DNA of 26,478 nt from a virus (taxonomy: Duplodnaviria > Caudoviricetes): the IMG/VR virus record IMGVR_UViG_3300016265_000156, positions 1 to 26,478 of that record; one strand, given 5' to 3'. Within the stretch, counting starts at the first letter, position 1. Each line of letters starts with the position of its first letter. The translations under genes and the position numbers were made by a program. The notes beneath the pieces are model-generated. The model saw only the letters and a list, made by a program, of their open reading frames with translations, did no database searches and had not been told where the DNA came from. This document shows, piece by piece, positions 17,058 through 25,979 of the stretch.

Positions 17058-19793
17058 TTATTTCCACGATTGTGTCTGCGGGTCCCATTTTGGTATGGCA
17101 CGAGCAGCAGGGGCAGTAGGTGCAGTAGGGGCAGGGGCAGGGGCAGCAGACGCACCTTCTCTTAATATATCGTACGCTGGTTTATTTTTAATTTCCTGTT
17201 CAAACCGCTCGCGTATAGCAGCTTTCTCCTCTTTAGTTTTACCTTTAATAGCGGCTTGGTACGCTGGGTTAGTAGCTGTTAGAGTCCTTAGCTCTTTGGT
17301 CAGTTGTTTTTGTGCGTTAATCTTAGCCTCAGACACGCGCGCTTCAGCACCGGGTTTATCTACTGTTTTTAGTTTGTCCCCCTCTAAACTAACACCAGCA
17401 TAACGCGGGCCTGTAGCAATACCAGCGGAAATAACTCCCGGCATGTCCCTTGCAGCTTGTTTAATCGCGGTTTCGTAAGTGGTAGCGTTAGCAGGCGCGC
17501 CTTGTTCTATTGCTGCTTTAAAGTAAGCATCTGCTACTTGCAGCACAGCGGTTTTATTCTGCCCCTTAGCTACTGCTAGATCGTTCTTCAACTGCTGAAT
17601 CTCTCGCTTAGTTTCGGCATCCAGCTGCTTGATAGCCAGCTGAGCTTTAATGCTAGCGAGGTCTTTAGCAACATCAAAAAAGTCTTTACCAGCTTTGTCG
17701 ATCCGGGCCTGTGCTTTGTCCATGTCGCCAACTTTGCGCAGGTACTCAGCTTCGTTAAGCGCAGCTTTGGCATCATCCAGTTGGTCAAGAGCTTTCTTAC
17801 GCTCCTTAGTGTCTGTAATGTTATTTGCTACAAGCTCACTGCCTGCCTCAATAGCGCCACGCATGGCAGAGCCCGGAGTCTGACCCCAGCGGATAAGGAA
17901 CTGACTGAGTCTGGACATAGCTAGCTCTTTAGCATCAGCATCAATCCTAGCTTTGCGTTCGTCTAGTTCTTTTTGACGCCCAGCAGTCGGGTCAACAATG
18001 CCCATTTGCTCTCGTTCACCAGCTATTTTAGTCATAATGTCGGGCACAGATGCTTTGCGTTCTTCACCTAGCTCTTTCATACGACCAGACAGCACACCTA
18101 AGTCTTGCTGCAGCGTGCTAACCGACGGCCCTTGTTCCTCGTCCACCCCTTCCTGATACTGCGCCATAGCACCGGGGGTAGTGGGGCTCAGACCACCAAA
18201 GCCTTGAACGTCAGGCGCATCAGTCTGTATGCCGCGTCCAGCAGTCGGGTCTTTCTCGCCCGACGTGTCGATCATGTCTTTAGGTAAAGATACTTTGCCA
18301 GCTTTTTTGAACGCAACGATGCCACCACCAGCCATGCCACGCAGCTTCTGACGACGCATAGTCTCAGACTGGAATATATTTTTAGTAGCCGGGTCAGTCT
18401 CTTTGTCCTGCATCTTCTTCTGCAGGTCCTCGTCCCGCATCATCTCAGCCATGTCTATCAGCTTGTCCTGATGCATACCTGTGGCTATGCCACCCGGTGC
18501 TAGCTTTACGACACCACCTTTTTTGCCGCCGGGAAACGCTTGGTTGTATTGCTGCTTTAACGCCAACCCCGTACCGGCCAGACCTAGCGCCTGACTGATA
18601 GCAGAAGGCTGAGTCTGGTAAGCCTGAGTAGTGGTAGCCTGCATCGGCAGACCGCGCAGCATGTTAGACAGCACACCCAGCTGCATGAGCGGGTACTGTT
18701 GTTGCGTAGCGTAGTTCTGGATAGCTTGGTCAATGACCCGTTGCTGCTGCGCCTGCTCCATACCACCCGCTTGCATCTTGGCTTGTAGCGCTGCCAAGTC
18801 TTGCTGGAACTCTTGTGCGCCTTGCTGACCTAGCAGCTGCGCTGCCTGCAATGTCTGGCCGTAACCTTGAATGCCTAGACCTGCGCCAAACTGGCGTGAC
18901 TGCTCCTGCAGCTGCTGCGCTGCCTGTTGAGCTTGTTGGTTCTGAATAGCGGCTTGCAGGTTGGCCTGCTGGTTTGCCTGTTGTGCAGCGAGGTAGGCTT
19001 GTTGCTCGGCGTTGAACTGACCCATACCAGCGCCGTATGCCTGTTGCAGACCCTGAGCCTGAATGTCGCCTAGTTGCTGGGCTAGGTTGCGCTGACGCTC
19101 CGCTTCAACAATAGCCTGACGGGAGCCACCAAAAGCCCCTGCACCTACAGCCTGCGCTTGCTGTTGCTGTCTAGCTATCTCAGATGCACGGCGCGCTTCA
19201 CGTTGTTGTACATTAACAACATTCTGCATATACGGCGACATATACGCACCGGATACACCGGGGGCAGTAAAGCTATCTGAGTACACCTGCTGCGGGCGAC
19301 CAAGCTGGAACCGCTCTGCGACGAGCGGCGAGTAATATCCACTGGCTGCGGAGCGCCCTGCTACATCTCCTGCGATCTGGCTAGCGGCGGAACCTTGCTG
19401 TGGTTGTACGTACGAGCCTAGGCCCATCATGGCCTGCTGCTGCAACGGACTAAATGGAGCTACCGTGGCCTGCGCCTGCTGTGTAGGAGTATTGGTATAA
19501 ACAAGGTTTCCTTGTGCATCGCGTATAGGTTTACCCTGCGCATCCATCTGGTACGTAGCACCAAACGGTACAAACTGCTGAAACCCTGTGGGTTGAAACT
19601 GACCCCCCGGCCCTGTAGTGCCGGTATAAATCTGACGCTGTGTAGCGCCTAGCATCTGCTCAACATAAGGCTGAGCGTACTCAGGAATGTTGGTCTGGTA
19701 AGAAGTGGTTTGGGTAGGAGCACCGCCACCGCCCATGCGGAACGTATAGAAGTCTGGATTAAATATCCACTTGAACAGGTTAAACAGCTTCAT
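17058..19793 (-). CDS. Putative ejection (DNA transfer/pilot) protein
   Basis: 911 aa; 19-aa leader then MGGGG; Gln/Ala-rich coiled coil with GAFGGSRQAI; charged helical C-terminal half; lies after the GNAT-like gene and before the giant ORF. Confidence 0.75.
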   Translation of the reverse strand: MKLFNLFKWIFNPDFYTFRMGGGGAPTQTTSYQTNIPEYAQPYVEQMLGATQRQIYTGTTGPGGQFQPTGFQQFVPFGATYQMDAQGKPIRDAQGNLVYTNTPTQQAQATVAPFSPLQQQAMMGLGSYVQPQQGSAASQIAGDVAGRSAASGYYSPLVAERFQLGRPQQVYSDSFTAPGVSGAYMSPYMQNVVNVQQREARRASEIARQQQQAQAVGAGAFGGSRQAIVEAERQRNLAQQLGDIQAQGLQQAYGAGMGQFNAEQQAYLAAQQANQQANLQAAIQNQQAQQAAQQLQEQSRQFGAGLGIQGYGQTLQAAQLLGQQGAQEFQQDLAALQAKMQAGGMEQAQQQRVIDQAIQNYATQQQYPLMQLGVLSNMLRGLPMQATTTQAYQTQPSAISQALGLAGTGLALKQQYNQAFPGGKKGGVVKLAPGGIATGMHQDKLIDMAEMMRDEDLQKKMQDKETDPATKNIFQSETMRRQKLRGMAGGGIVAFKKAGKVSLPKDMIDTSGEKDPTAGRGIQTDAPDVQGFGGLSPTTPGAMAQYQEGVDEEQGPSVSTLQQDLGVLSGRMKELGEERKASVPDIMTKIAGEREQMGIVDPTAGRQKELDERKARIDADAKELAMSRLSQFLIRWGQTPGSAMRGAIEAGSELVANNITDTKERKKALDQLDDAKAALNEAEYLRKVGDMDKAQARIDKAGKDFFDVAKDLASIKAQLAIKQLDAETKREIQQLKNDLAVAKGQNKTAVLQVADAYFKAAIEQGAPANATTYETAIKQAARDMPGVISAGIATGPRYAGVSLEGDKLKTVDKPGAEARVSEAKINAQKQLTKELRTLTATNPAYQAAIKGKTKEEKAAIRERFEQEIKNKPAYDILREGASAAPAPAPTAPTAPAARAIPKWDPQTQSWK

Positions 19794-20197
19794 ATTCTTG
19801 CCCCTACAATAGTGTATTTCTCTTTAAGTCCGTAACGACGTAGCATACGCACTATGGACTTTCTGCCAGCAGCTTCTATATACGTAGCCCCAAACCCTTT
19901 TACTAGCATAACTAACTGGCTATACGTATCTTCGTTGATAATAAATTTGCCGCCTACGCCTGTTACAAACGCAACCCGATCATTAGGTCGCGTTACAAAA
20001 CTTAGAGTCATAGCGCCGTGGATGTTGTTTTGTTCATCTACAGCTACAACTAACAACCACTGACCCGTTACTACAAAAGTTTTTATTTGTTCTAACGTAT
20101 AATCTTCGGGAGCATGATCTAGAGCCGTTCTAAAGTAGCCCTCGATTTGCTCCCACAACTGATGCCTATATTCTATGGCTACATGCTGTATCTTCAT
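19790..20197 (-). CDS. GNAT-like protein (positional analogue of P22 gp14 / T7 gp13)
   Basis: 135 aa with alpha-alpha-beta-beta-beta pattern, FVTGVGG and GRKSIVRMLRRYGL; ATGA overlaps on both sides. Fold assignment is by eye. Confidence 0.55.
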   Translation of the reverse strand: MKIQHVAIEYRHQLWEQIEGYFRTALDHAPEDYTLEQIKTFVVTGQWLLVVAVDEQNNIHGAMTLSFVTRPNDRVAFVTGVGGKFIINEDTYSQLVMLVKGFGATYIEAAGRKSIVRMLRRYGLKEKYTIVGARI

Positions 20198-21870
20198 GCA
20201 GGCAGATGTTTGTCTGCTTTAGAATTTACAGCCACCTTACCTTTTCCTACAGACTTCTTGCGGCCCTTTTGCACACGGTCCATCATCGCGTAAAGCTTGC
20301 GGGCACCAGCATCCGTGGAACCGTTGCCAAGCTCTGACACGATACGCGCCGGGATTACAAATTCACCATCAGCAAGACGAGCAGGCTGCCTGCCCCCAAT
20401 AGAAGCAGGAATTGAATCAGATACTCCATCGCCGGGCCCTTTCAGTAGACGACCGCCATCGGAATAGCCGCCGAGGTTGTACATGATGCCGCCACCTGCT
20501 GCGTATTCAGTATCTGCTGCACTTATATCCTGAGGCTCTTTTACTTTAGGTAGCGCAGACTTGATACCGTACTTCTTCATCATTGCAGCTAGTTCAGCCT
20601 GTGCAGCGGTGGCAGGGCTAGATAGTTGCTGCGCACGGCTACGTGGAACAATACCAAACCCACCAGCTTCTGCCGTTGCTTTAGCGCGTCTTGCATCTCT
20701 CTCCAGCTCGTCTGGAGATTTACCCTCCAGCATTTTCTTATAGTCAGGTTGATCTGTAGGGCCACCACTTGCAAACGCAGGCATGCCGGTATAGGGGTCA
20801 AGCCTCCCAGCACCGCCCACGTCTAGGACGTTCTGCGAGACAGGGTTTTGTATGCCGGGGGTAGAGTAAGCCAGCCGAGGCTGCTGCGACATCGGGTAGT
20901 AAGGGTTAGCGCCTACAGCATTCATATTAGACATGGCTTCAACGGGGCCACCGTCAGCAAAGCCAGTTTGCCCAGTGTAAGGAGAAAATGGCGATCTTGT
21001 AGGTTGGAACCCAGACATGTCTGTCGTTGACTTATATTGCTTGCGGCCTTCAGGCTGCTTCTGTTCAAACAAACCCAGCTTCTTAGCAGCTAGGCCAGCA
21101 CCAAGATATTGAGCTGCTGCAGGCGCTTTTTTGTATTCTTCCCAGCCCTTGCTGGCGAGGTCTATCGCCGTTTTGATACCACGCTGCAAGCCGTTAAGTG
21201 TGGCATCAGCAGCAGGTGCAGCCTCTAACGGAGGCACGTTAGACGCCAAGCTTGTCATGTTGCCCGGTAAACTAGCAGATTCAGGCATCACAGGACCCAC
21301 GTTACCTAAAGGCGCTTGCGATATACCTTGGGCTCGTTGAAATGTCTCAGCGGCATTCTGCATACCAGTCATATTGCCCGGCAGGTTAGTGGGGGCACCG
21401 GGGATAGAGCGAGTCAGGCTTTGTTGCATTACCTCAGCGGCGTTAGGTAATTCCCCAGCGGGCACCGGAGGAACTGCGCCTGTTTGCGCTACGGGCATAG
21501 GAAAGCCTGAGCCCGTGGACATAGCGCTTTGTTGCACAGCCTCAGGAGTCATCGCCTGCATAATGCCCGGTGCATTGCCCGAAGCTAAATTAGCCGCAAT
21601 CTCCGGGGAAGCCTGAGCCAGCGTGGATGCAGTACCAGCAATTTGAGGTGCCACACTAGCAGCTTGAGCAGCGCCTGCAGCGGGGGCAAGCGCACCTGAA
21701 CCACCCACTATGCCCGGTAAGGCAGAAGCCACAGCAGGTGTAGCGGCAGCGGCGGTTGTAGCAGCTATAGTAGGTGCGGCTGCAGTTGCAGCGGTTGCAG
21801 CGGCGGCAGCGGCGGCCTGAGCAGCGGCCATCTCAGCAGCTGTGGTGGCAAAAACAGCGAACATAGGCAT
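20194..21870 (-). CDS. Putative internal virion protein with tape-measure-like C-terminal motif
   Basis: 558 aa; Ala/Pro-rich N-terminus; repeated [FY][AS]xGG; GPGDGVSDSIPA...LADGEFVIPA; SD GAGGTG. Confidence 0.75.
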   Translation of the reverse strand: MPMFAVFATTAAEMAAAQAAAAAAATAATAAAPTIAATTAAAATPAVASALPGIVGGSGALAPAAGAAQAASVAPQIAGTASTLAQASPEIAANLASGNAPGIMQAMTPEAVQQSAMSTGSGFPMPVAQTGAVPPVPAGELPNAAEVMQQSLTRSIPGAPTNLPGNMTGMQNAAETFQRAQGISQAPLGNVGPVMPESASLPGNMTSLASNVPPLEAAPAADATLNGLQRGIKTAIDLASKGWEEYKKAPAAAQYLGAGLAAKKLGLFEQKQPEGRKQYKSTTDMSGFQPTRSPFSPYTGQTGFADGGPVEAMSNMNAVGANPYYPMSQQPRLAYSTPGIQNPVSQNVLDVGGAGRLDPYTGMPAFASGGPTDQPDYKKMLEGKSPDELERDARRAKATAEAGGFGIVPRSRAQQLSSPATAAQAELAAMMKKYGIKSALPKVKEPQDISAADTEYAAGGGIMYNLGGYSDGGRLLKGPGDGVSDSIPASIGGRQPARLADGEFVIPARIVSELGNGSTDAGARKLYAMMDRVQKGRKKSVGKGKVAVNSKADKHLPA

Positions 21871-22184
21871 TAGGACACCTCACTCAACGTCTCGGGTTCC
21901 TCTAAGCCGGTACCCCGTAAATTATGCAAGCAACATAGCACCACATTATCTGTGATGGACTGGAAGGCATGCTTCTTACCAGCAGGCACTGTGATAACGG
22001 CTGGCGCGTCGTACTGCGCAACCTCTACCCCATCCTGCCAAAATTTTACAGACCCACTTGCCAAAAGCGTAATGTGGTCATGTGTGTGTACATGCTGGGC
22101 CGCAACGGAGTGCGCTTTCTCAAGGGTGTACGCCCTGATCCACATACCGTCTACTTCAGCAAATTCTATATAGTCGTTCTTCAT
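21870..22184 (-). CDS. Cupin-domain protein
   Basis: Motif 1 QHVHTHDHITLLASGSV and motif 2 ITVPAGKKHAF. Confidence 0.85.
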   Translation of the reverse strand: MKNDYIEFAEVDGMWIRAYTLEKAHSVAAQHVHTHDHITLLASGSVKFWQDGVEVAQYDAPAVITVPAGKKHAFQSITDNVVLCCLHNLRGTGLEEPETLSEVS

Positions 22185-22229
22185 ACGTAAACAGAAGTTA
22201 TAGGGCGGATACGATTATTGTTAAATACA

Positions 22230-22889
22230 TTATGCAGGCAACCGCGAAACAAAGGTTACAGTCGTAATTACAGACGGTATGGACGGTCTGACAAACGGGC
22301 TAGATGACGCAGGCAGCGCTGCCACCTTTACGTCAGGGTGGGTTGCCGCAACCACTAGATCAAACACACTGTTAGCTTGCGCCACCAGAAAAAAGTTCCA
22401 CGCCGCTACAGCCGCACCATTACGGCTTCCATGCTTAGAAGGTATGGTTAACTGTGTTGCTGATTCATAAACATCTGTTCCATCTACCTGTGCCCAGACT
22501 TCAACATCGTGCGCCTGAGAATCAGCGTTTTCAAACTGTGCACTAAACTGATAGTTGTAGATGCCGGGGTACGTTACTTGCACACTGCCGTTAGACAAGG
22601 CCGTGCTTATTGTTGCATTAGCGTCTGTATTATTAAGTGTTAACGTAGTTACAACATTTGCGGATAATGTAAAAGTCTGGTTTGAGAAGTAAGACCCGCA
22701 CGGTAAGCTGACAAACCTACCTCCACTCTCACCTAACAGCGATCCCATAGTGGCATCCAGCTGCCGAAAGTACAGGCGCAGCACGTTGTTAAACTGATCT
22801 TGGTAAGCCCTAGCGTACATATCAGGGCCCACCGGCAACGCCGGGGCGACGGGGTTGATTAGTGTAGTAGTGATTGAAGCGTTAGCCAT
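22230..22889 (-). CDS. Tail needle/spike-like protein with C1q/TNF-like jelly-roll knob
   Basis: Short N-terminal helix (QDQFNNVLRLYFRQLD) then a beta-rich domain with VTYPGIYNYQFSAQF. ATG at 22889 is in a TGATG overlap, directly after the gp10-like gene. Confidence 0.6.
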   Translation of the reverse strand: MANASITTTLINPVAPALPVGPDMYARAYQDQFNNVLRLYFRQLDATMGSLLGESGGRFVSLPCGSYFSNQTFTLSANVVTTLTLNNTDANATISTALSNGSVQVTYPGIYNYQFSAQFENADSQAHDVEVWAQVDGTDVYESATQLTIPSKHGSRNGAAVAAWNFFLVAQANSVFDLVVAATHPDVKVAALPASSSPFVRPSIPSVITTVTFVSRLPA

Positions 22890-25024
22890 CAACGCCTACC
22901 GTCAGGACGCACGTCAATCCTAGGTACTCCCAGCTGCCACTGGCAGCCTAGCTGGTCAGAGCTAACGCGAAACGCCATCTGCCTACCACGCAACCTTGTG
23001 TACACAATCTGCGTAAACTCCTGCACCGTATAGTTGCGCAGCGTGTTGTAAGACTGAGCAGAAGTTACCAAGGGGGTATCTGCCGTGCCGTAAGGCGCAC
23101 CGGGGTTGTAGCGTGGACGCACCGTAAATGTCACCTGCGGTTTGTTAGGCGTTGCCGTGCTCGACCCGTCGAACGTAATGTCTGGGATCATCCGCCACAC
23201 GAAACCATAGTTGTGGCCGTCACCAATATCAAAGTCCGAGGACTGAATGTAAGAGCTTATGGGCAGCACAGTGCCGTTGACCTCGATGTCATCATTGCCG
23301 CTCTCATGGTACACAACGGTGTTTTGATATGTAGCACCCATGGGGTACTCACGCAGCGGGCTATCCAGCCAAGCCGTCCTGCCCATAGTGCCGTAGTACC
23401 AGACTTGGTCAAGGTAGTTATAGATGACGTAGCGGTCGATCACGTTGCTGTTGGCCGAGCAGTAGAACCACCAGACCTCGCTATAACCCTCGTTAGTCCC
23501 AGCCACGACCTGCGCCGACTGGTTCAAATTAATGTCACCAAAGACAAACTGACGCAGCGAGCAAGGCAGCGTCTCGACCCGGCCAGAGTAAGCATAGAAC
23601 TTGTCCACGCCCATCCAGTAGGTAATGTTGTTAGCTGTGGCTACTGCGTTAGGTCCTATGACGGAGATGTTGTCAGAGAGAATATTAAAGCCCCAGACGT
23701 AGGGCGGCCCCAGATACTGCATCGAGAACACCGAAGCATCCGTAAAGACCAATATCTCCTGACGGGTCTGCTGGGCTGTGATTATCTTGGAGCCCGACGA
23801 AAGTCTGAAGCTACCCGCTTGGTTTGTAGCATCCGGTGCCCAGACGCTATAACTCTCCTGATCCGACCAGCGAATGAGCAGCGGGTCTTGTGTAGTCGAA
23901 CCGTAGTCGTTAACCCCGAAGCCTATGACGAACCGGCTAGAGTCAGACACCATGACGAACGACGCCACCGACGGGCAGCTTGTATCTGTCTGATATATCC
24001 CCGCGCTGGTAGAAGAGAGCAGAGTGGCAGGGGTCGAGAAGAGCAAGCTACCCGCCGTGGTATATGCCGGGACCCACATGTACATAGCACCGTCACGTGG
24101 GTTGATGATGAGATAGTCGCCGTAGTTAGCCTCTGACCACAGACGCAGCTGCTGGGGTATGCCCGACGCCGCTGACTGCCCCCACCCGGTGTAGCTATTG
24201 GCGTTGTAGACAATAGTGCCGTTGGAGTGCGTCGTAGCTACCGTGCCGTTAGCGCCTCGCGTAGCCCCAGTAAATGTGGTCGCCGTGTTGCCGGTGTACT
24301 TGGCCAGCTCCTGATCTATTAAGACCGTACCCGTGGCATTAGAGAAGCCCGTGGTGGAGACAACAGTGATTGTCGTATTAGTGGAACTGAGGTTAGCTGA
24401 GAGCGTAGTCTGCTGAGCACCCAAGACAAAGCCACCCCACAGACCTGCACCCCAACCCGTTGCGTAACCGAACACCGGCTGACCGACGTTTAACTGGTAC
24501 TTAGCCGTGACGGTGCCTCCACCCGTTGCGCTTGATGAAGCAGCAGATGAAGCTGTGATGGTATAGCTGTTAGTGTTGACATAAGTTATCCTGAACTCAC
24601 CGTTCAAGGTGAGGCCACCCACAGCCGTAGCCCCTGAGAACGTCACATAGTCGCCGTCAATAGCACCGTGATTAATGTCCGTTACTGTGACAACTCTGGA
24701 GCCTGACGTGGTTGTGAACGGATCAGTCAGCGTCTCTGTGGCGCGTATGGGCGTGATGTCGTTGTATACACCACCACTCTCGACGTAATACTTGATATTA
24801 GTGCCGACGCCCAGCAGGTTGTAGCCGCGTAGCGTCACCCAGTTCCAGAGCGAACGCGCTACGCCTAGGTAAGTATTTGAAGAGATGGGTTGCCAGCCGC
24901 CTAACTTTTGCGGGTAGCCAGAACGAAAACGAATCTTGTCGCACTCAAACCATCCGCCCTCGTTGGCGAGTGTCGTCGATTCCCTGTTGACGCCCGGACG
25001 GAGTTGCAGCTTTTGTAAAGGCAT
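22889..25024 (-). CDS. Tail hub/nozzle (P22 gp10 / packaged-DNA-stabilization-like) protein with inserted beta domains
   Basis: 711 aa; beta-propeller-like motifs (LIRWSDQE, GSFRLSSGSKII, EILVFTD, EVWWFY, WYYGTMGRTAW); C-terminal RLRGRQMAFRV; SD AGGTGG. Confidence 0.75.
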   Translation of the reverse strand: MPLQKLQLRPGVNRESTTLANEGGWFECDKIRFRSGYPQKLGGWQPISSNTYLGVARSLWNWVTLRGYNLLGVGTNIKYYVESGGVYNDITPIRATETLTDPFTTTSGSRVVTVTDINHGAIDGDYVTFSGATAVGGLTLNGEFRITYVNTNSYTITASSAASSSATGGGTVTAKYQLNVGQPVFGYATGWGAGLWGGFVLGAQQTTLSANLSSTNTTITVVSTTGFSNATGTVLIDQELAKYTGNTATTFTGATRGANGTVATTHSNGTIVYNANSYTGWGQSAASGIPQQLRLWSEANYGDYLIINPRDGAMYMWVPAYTTAGSLLFSTPATLLSSTSAGIYQTDTSCPSVASFVMVSDSSRFVIGFGVNDYGSTTQDPLLIRWSDQESYSVWAPDATNQAGSFRLSSGSKIITAQQTRQEILVFTDASVFSMQYLGPPYVWGFNILSDNISVIGPNAVATANNITYWMGVDKFYAYSGRVETLPCSLRQFVFGDINLNQSAQVVAGTNEGYSEVWWFYCSANSNVIDRYVIYNYLDQVWYYGTMGRTAWLDSPLREYPMGATYQNTVVYHESGNDDIEVNGTVLPISSYIQSSDFDIGDGHNYGFVWRMIPDITFDGSSTATPNKPQVTFTVRPRYNPGAPYGTADTPLVTSAQSYNTLRNYTVQEFTQIVYTRLRGRQMAFRVSSDQLGCQWQLGVPRIDVRPDGRR

Positions 25025-25026
25025 TT

Positions 25027-25488
25027 TTACCCACCTGACTTGTACGGGCGCGTGCCCTTCTTGTCAATGATAAGCGCCATTTTCCTTGGTTTGGCATCTC
25101 TTGTGTTAGGAATACTAACGTGCGTCCACCCGCCGCCACGCACCGGGTCTGAGAATTCGCGGATCACCTGATCGTATGGCAATGTGGACGAGAGTATCTT
25201 TTTTACCACTTGGTCTGGAACCATCCCCGCTACGCGGATGTCTGCCGCCGTTCCATGACAGTGCTGGCTGGTCTTTGATCCTTTGATGGCCGCGTTTACT
25301 TCTGGGCTACGGTAGGCAGAGTTGATGCTAATAGGTTTGCCCAGCAGGGCACGCAAGGATTCCAAGAAAGCAGCCAGCCTGCGCAGGTTCAACAGGTGGT
25401 CGTTCTGCGGAGTGTTGTCTAGCCCGTTCCTTGCGGCGTAGTCGCTGACAGTCAGCTCCTCCAGCGTGAAGTTGGGCGAGAGCTTCAT
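25027..25488 (-). CDS. Endolysin, peptidase M15 (M15A-like) Zn peptidase
   Basis: LSPNFTLEEL, SAYRSPEVN, SQHCHGTAADI (H-x6-D) and WTHVS Zn-ligand motifs. Confidence 0.92.
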   Translation of the reverse strand: MKLSPNFTLEELTVSDYAARNGLDNTPQNDHLLNLRRLAAFLESLRALLGKPISINSAYRSPEVNAAIKGSKTSQHCHGTAADIRVAGMVPDQVVKKILSSTLPYDQVIREFSDPVRGGGWTHVSIPNTRDAKPRKMALIIDKKGTRPYKSGG

Positions 25489-25979
25489 TTCTTCATCAGC
25501 TCCTTGGTCTTGTCCTTGCTACTTTGGCTAGAACCAAAGAAGAAGTTCAGCATCGTTGACACTACCGTGCCCATGATGAAACCAAGGATTACATCTACAA
25601 ACCGCACACTCTTCTCTGGAATATCTACCAGAGTAATTACCATGATGTAAGCCACGGCAAACGCTGACCAGAACCAAGCGAACTGATACACGAACCGGCG
25701 CACCCACGGGTCGGCATTCTCCATCGCCTTCTCCTGCATATCCCGTGCATCCTGCGTGTTCTTCAGGTCAATCTCTGCCATGAACTCCGCATGTTTCATC
25801 GCAGCCATTTGTAAATCTGCGAGCTTGGAATCGTCAAGTACGCCATCTTCATTGGGCGTCAGTTTGATACCCAGCTTCTCCTCAACATGCTCAACACCCT
25901 TGTCCAGCACGGCATCAGCAACCTTCTGGAGTCCGGCACCGGCTAACTGAGACAGGATAGGGGCTAGTAACGGGATCAT
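25485..25979 (-). CDS. Putative holin
   Basis: Amphipathic N-terminus, D..DAR.MQ motif, two TM helices, ending NFFFGSSQSSKDK; immediately upstream of the endolysin with ATGA overlap. Confidence 0.75.
   Translation of the reverse strand: MIPLLAPILSQLAGAGLQKVADAVLDKGVEHVEEKLGIKLTPNEDGVLDDSKLADLQMAAMKHAEFMAEIDLKNTQDARDMQEKAMENADPWVRRFVYQFAWFWSAFAVAYIMVITLVDIPEKSVRFVDVILGFIMGTVVSTMLNFFFGSSQSSKDKTKELMKK

Noticed and set aside
17104-17150. GGGGCA hexamer repeats / G-quadruplex-like tract
   Set aside because: Explained by the Ala-Pro linker on the coding strand.
23213-24136. 307-aa + strand ORF
   Set aside because: Antisense shadow of the tail hub gene; no motifs.
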